64,000 nucleotides of DNA. It comes from Octopus sinensis. Taxonomy: Eukaryota. Position numbers and translations under genes: made by a program. Numbering within the stretch: the stretch's first letter is position 1; each line of letters begins with the position of its first letter. The stretch spans positions 19,964,001 through 20,028,000 of the forward strand of contig NC_042997.1 of assembly GCF_006345805.1 (NCBI RefSeq), read 5' to 3'. This document shows, piece after piece, positions 63,968-64,000 of this stretch. Below the pieces are notes generated by a model. It was not told the origin of the DNA, searched no databases, and was given only the letters and a program-made list of their open reading frames with translations.

Positions 63968-64000
63968 ATAGCAATGTGAGTTGGTAACAGCTAGTAAGGT

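Overview
AT-rich (roughly two-thirds A+T) animal genomic DNA made mostly of transposable elements and microsatellites. I recognise the SINE/RTE families as those of Octopus (coleoid cephalopod) genomes; this is recognition, not a database result. No cellular gene can be named. Most supplied ORFs are microsatellite read-throughs or decayed TE fragments, and only a few low-confidence spliced-exon candidates remain. Contents: three tRNA-headed SINE groups (called A, B and D/E here), many RTE LINE pieces, mariner, hAT and piggyBac-type DNA elements, a non-autonomous Helitron and Penelope-like elements. Highlights: (1) a complete, TSD-bounded 1447-bp retroelement encoding only a Tx1/L1-like ORF1 protein (HAL1-like), inserted in the tRNA head of a SINE and sharing its 3' tail with the SINE-B family; (2) a Penelope-like element whose inverted pseudo-LTRs each carry a minimal hammerhead ribozyme (one core intact, one mutated), plus a third hammerhead at 54.1 kb; (3) TTAGGG arrays inside a 26-bp minisatellite; (4) a frame-consistent but unproven chain of minus-strand exons and micro-exons.
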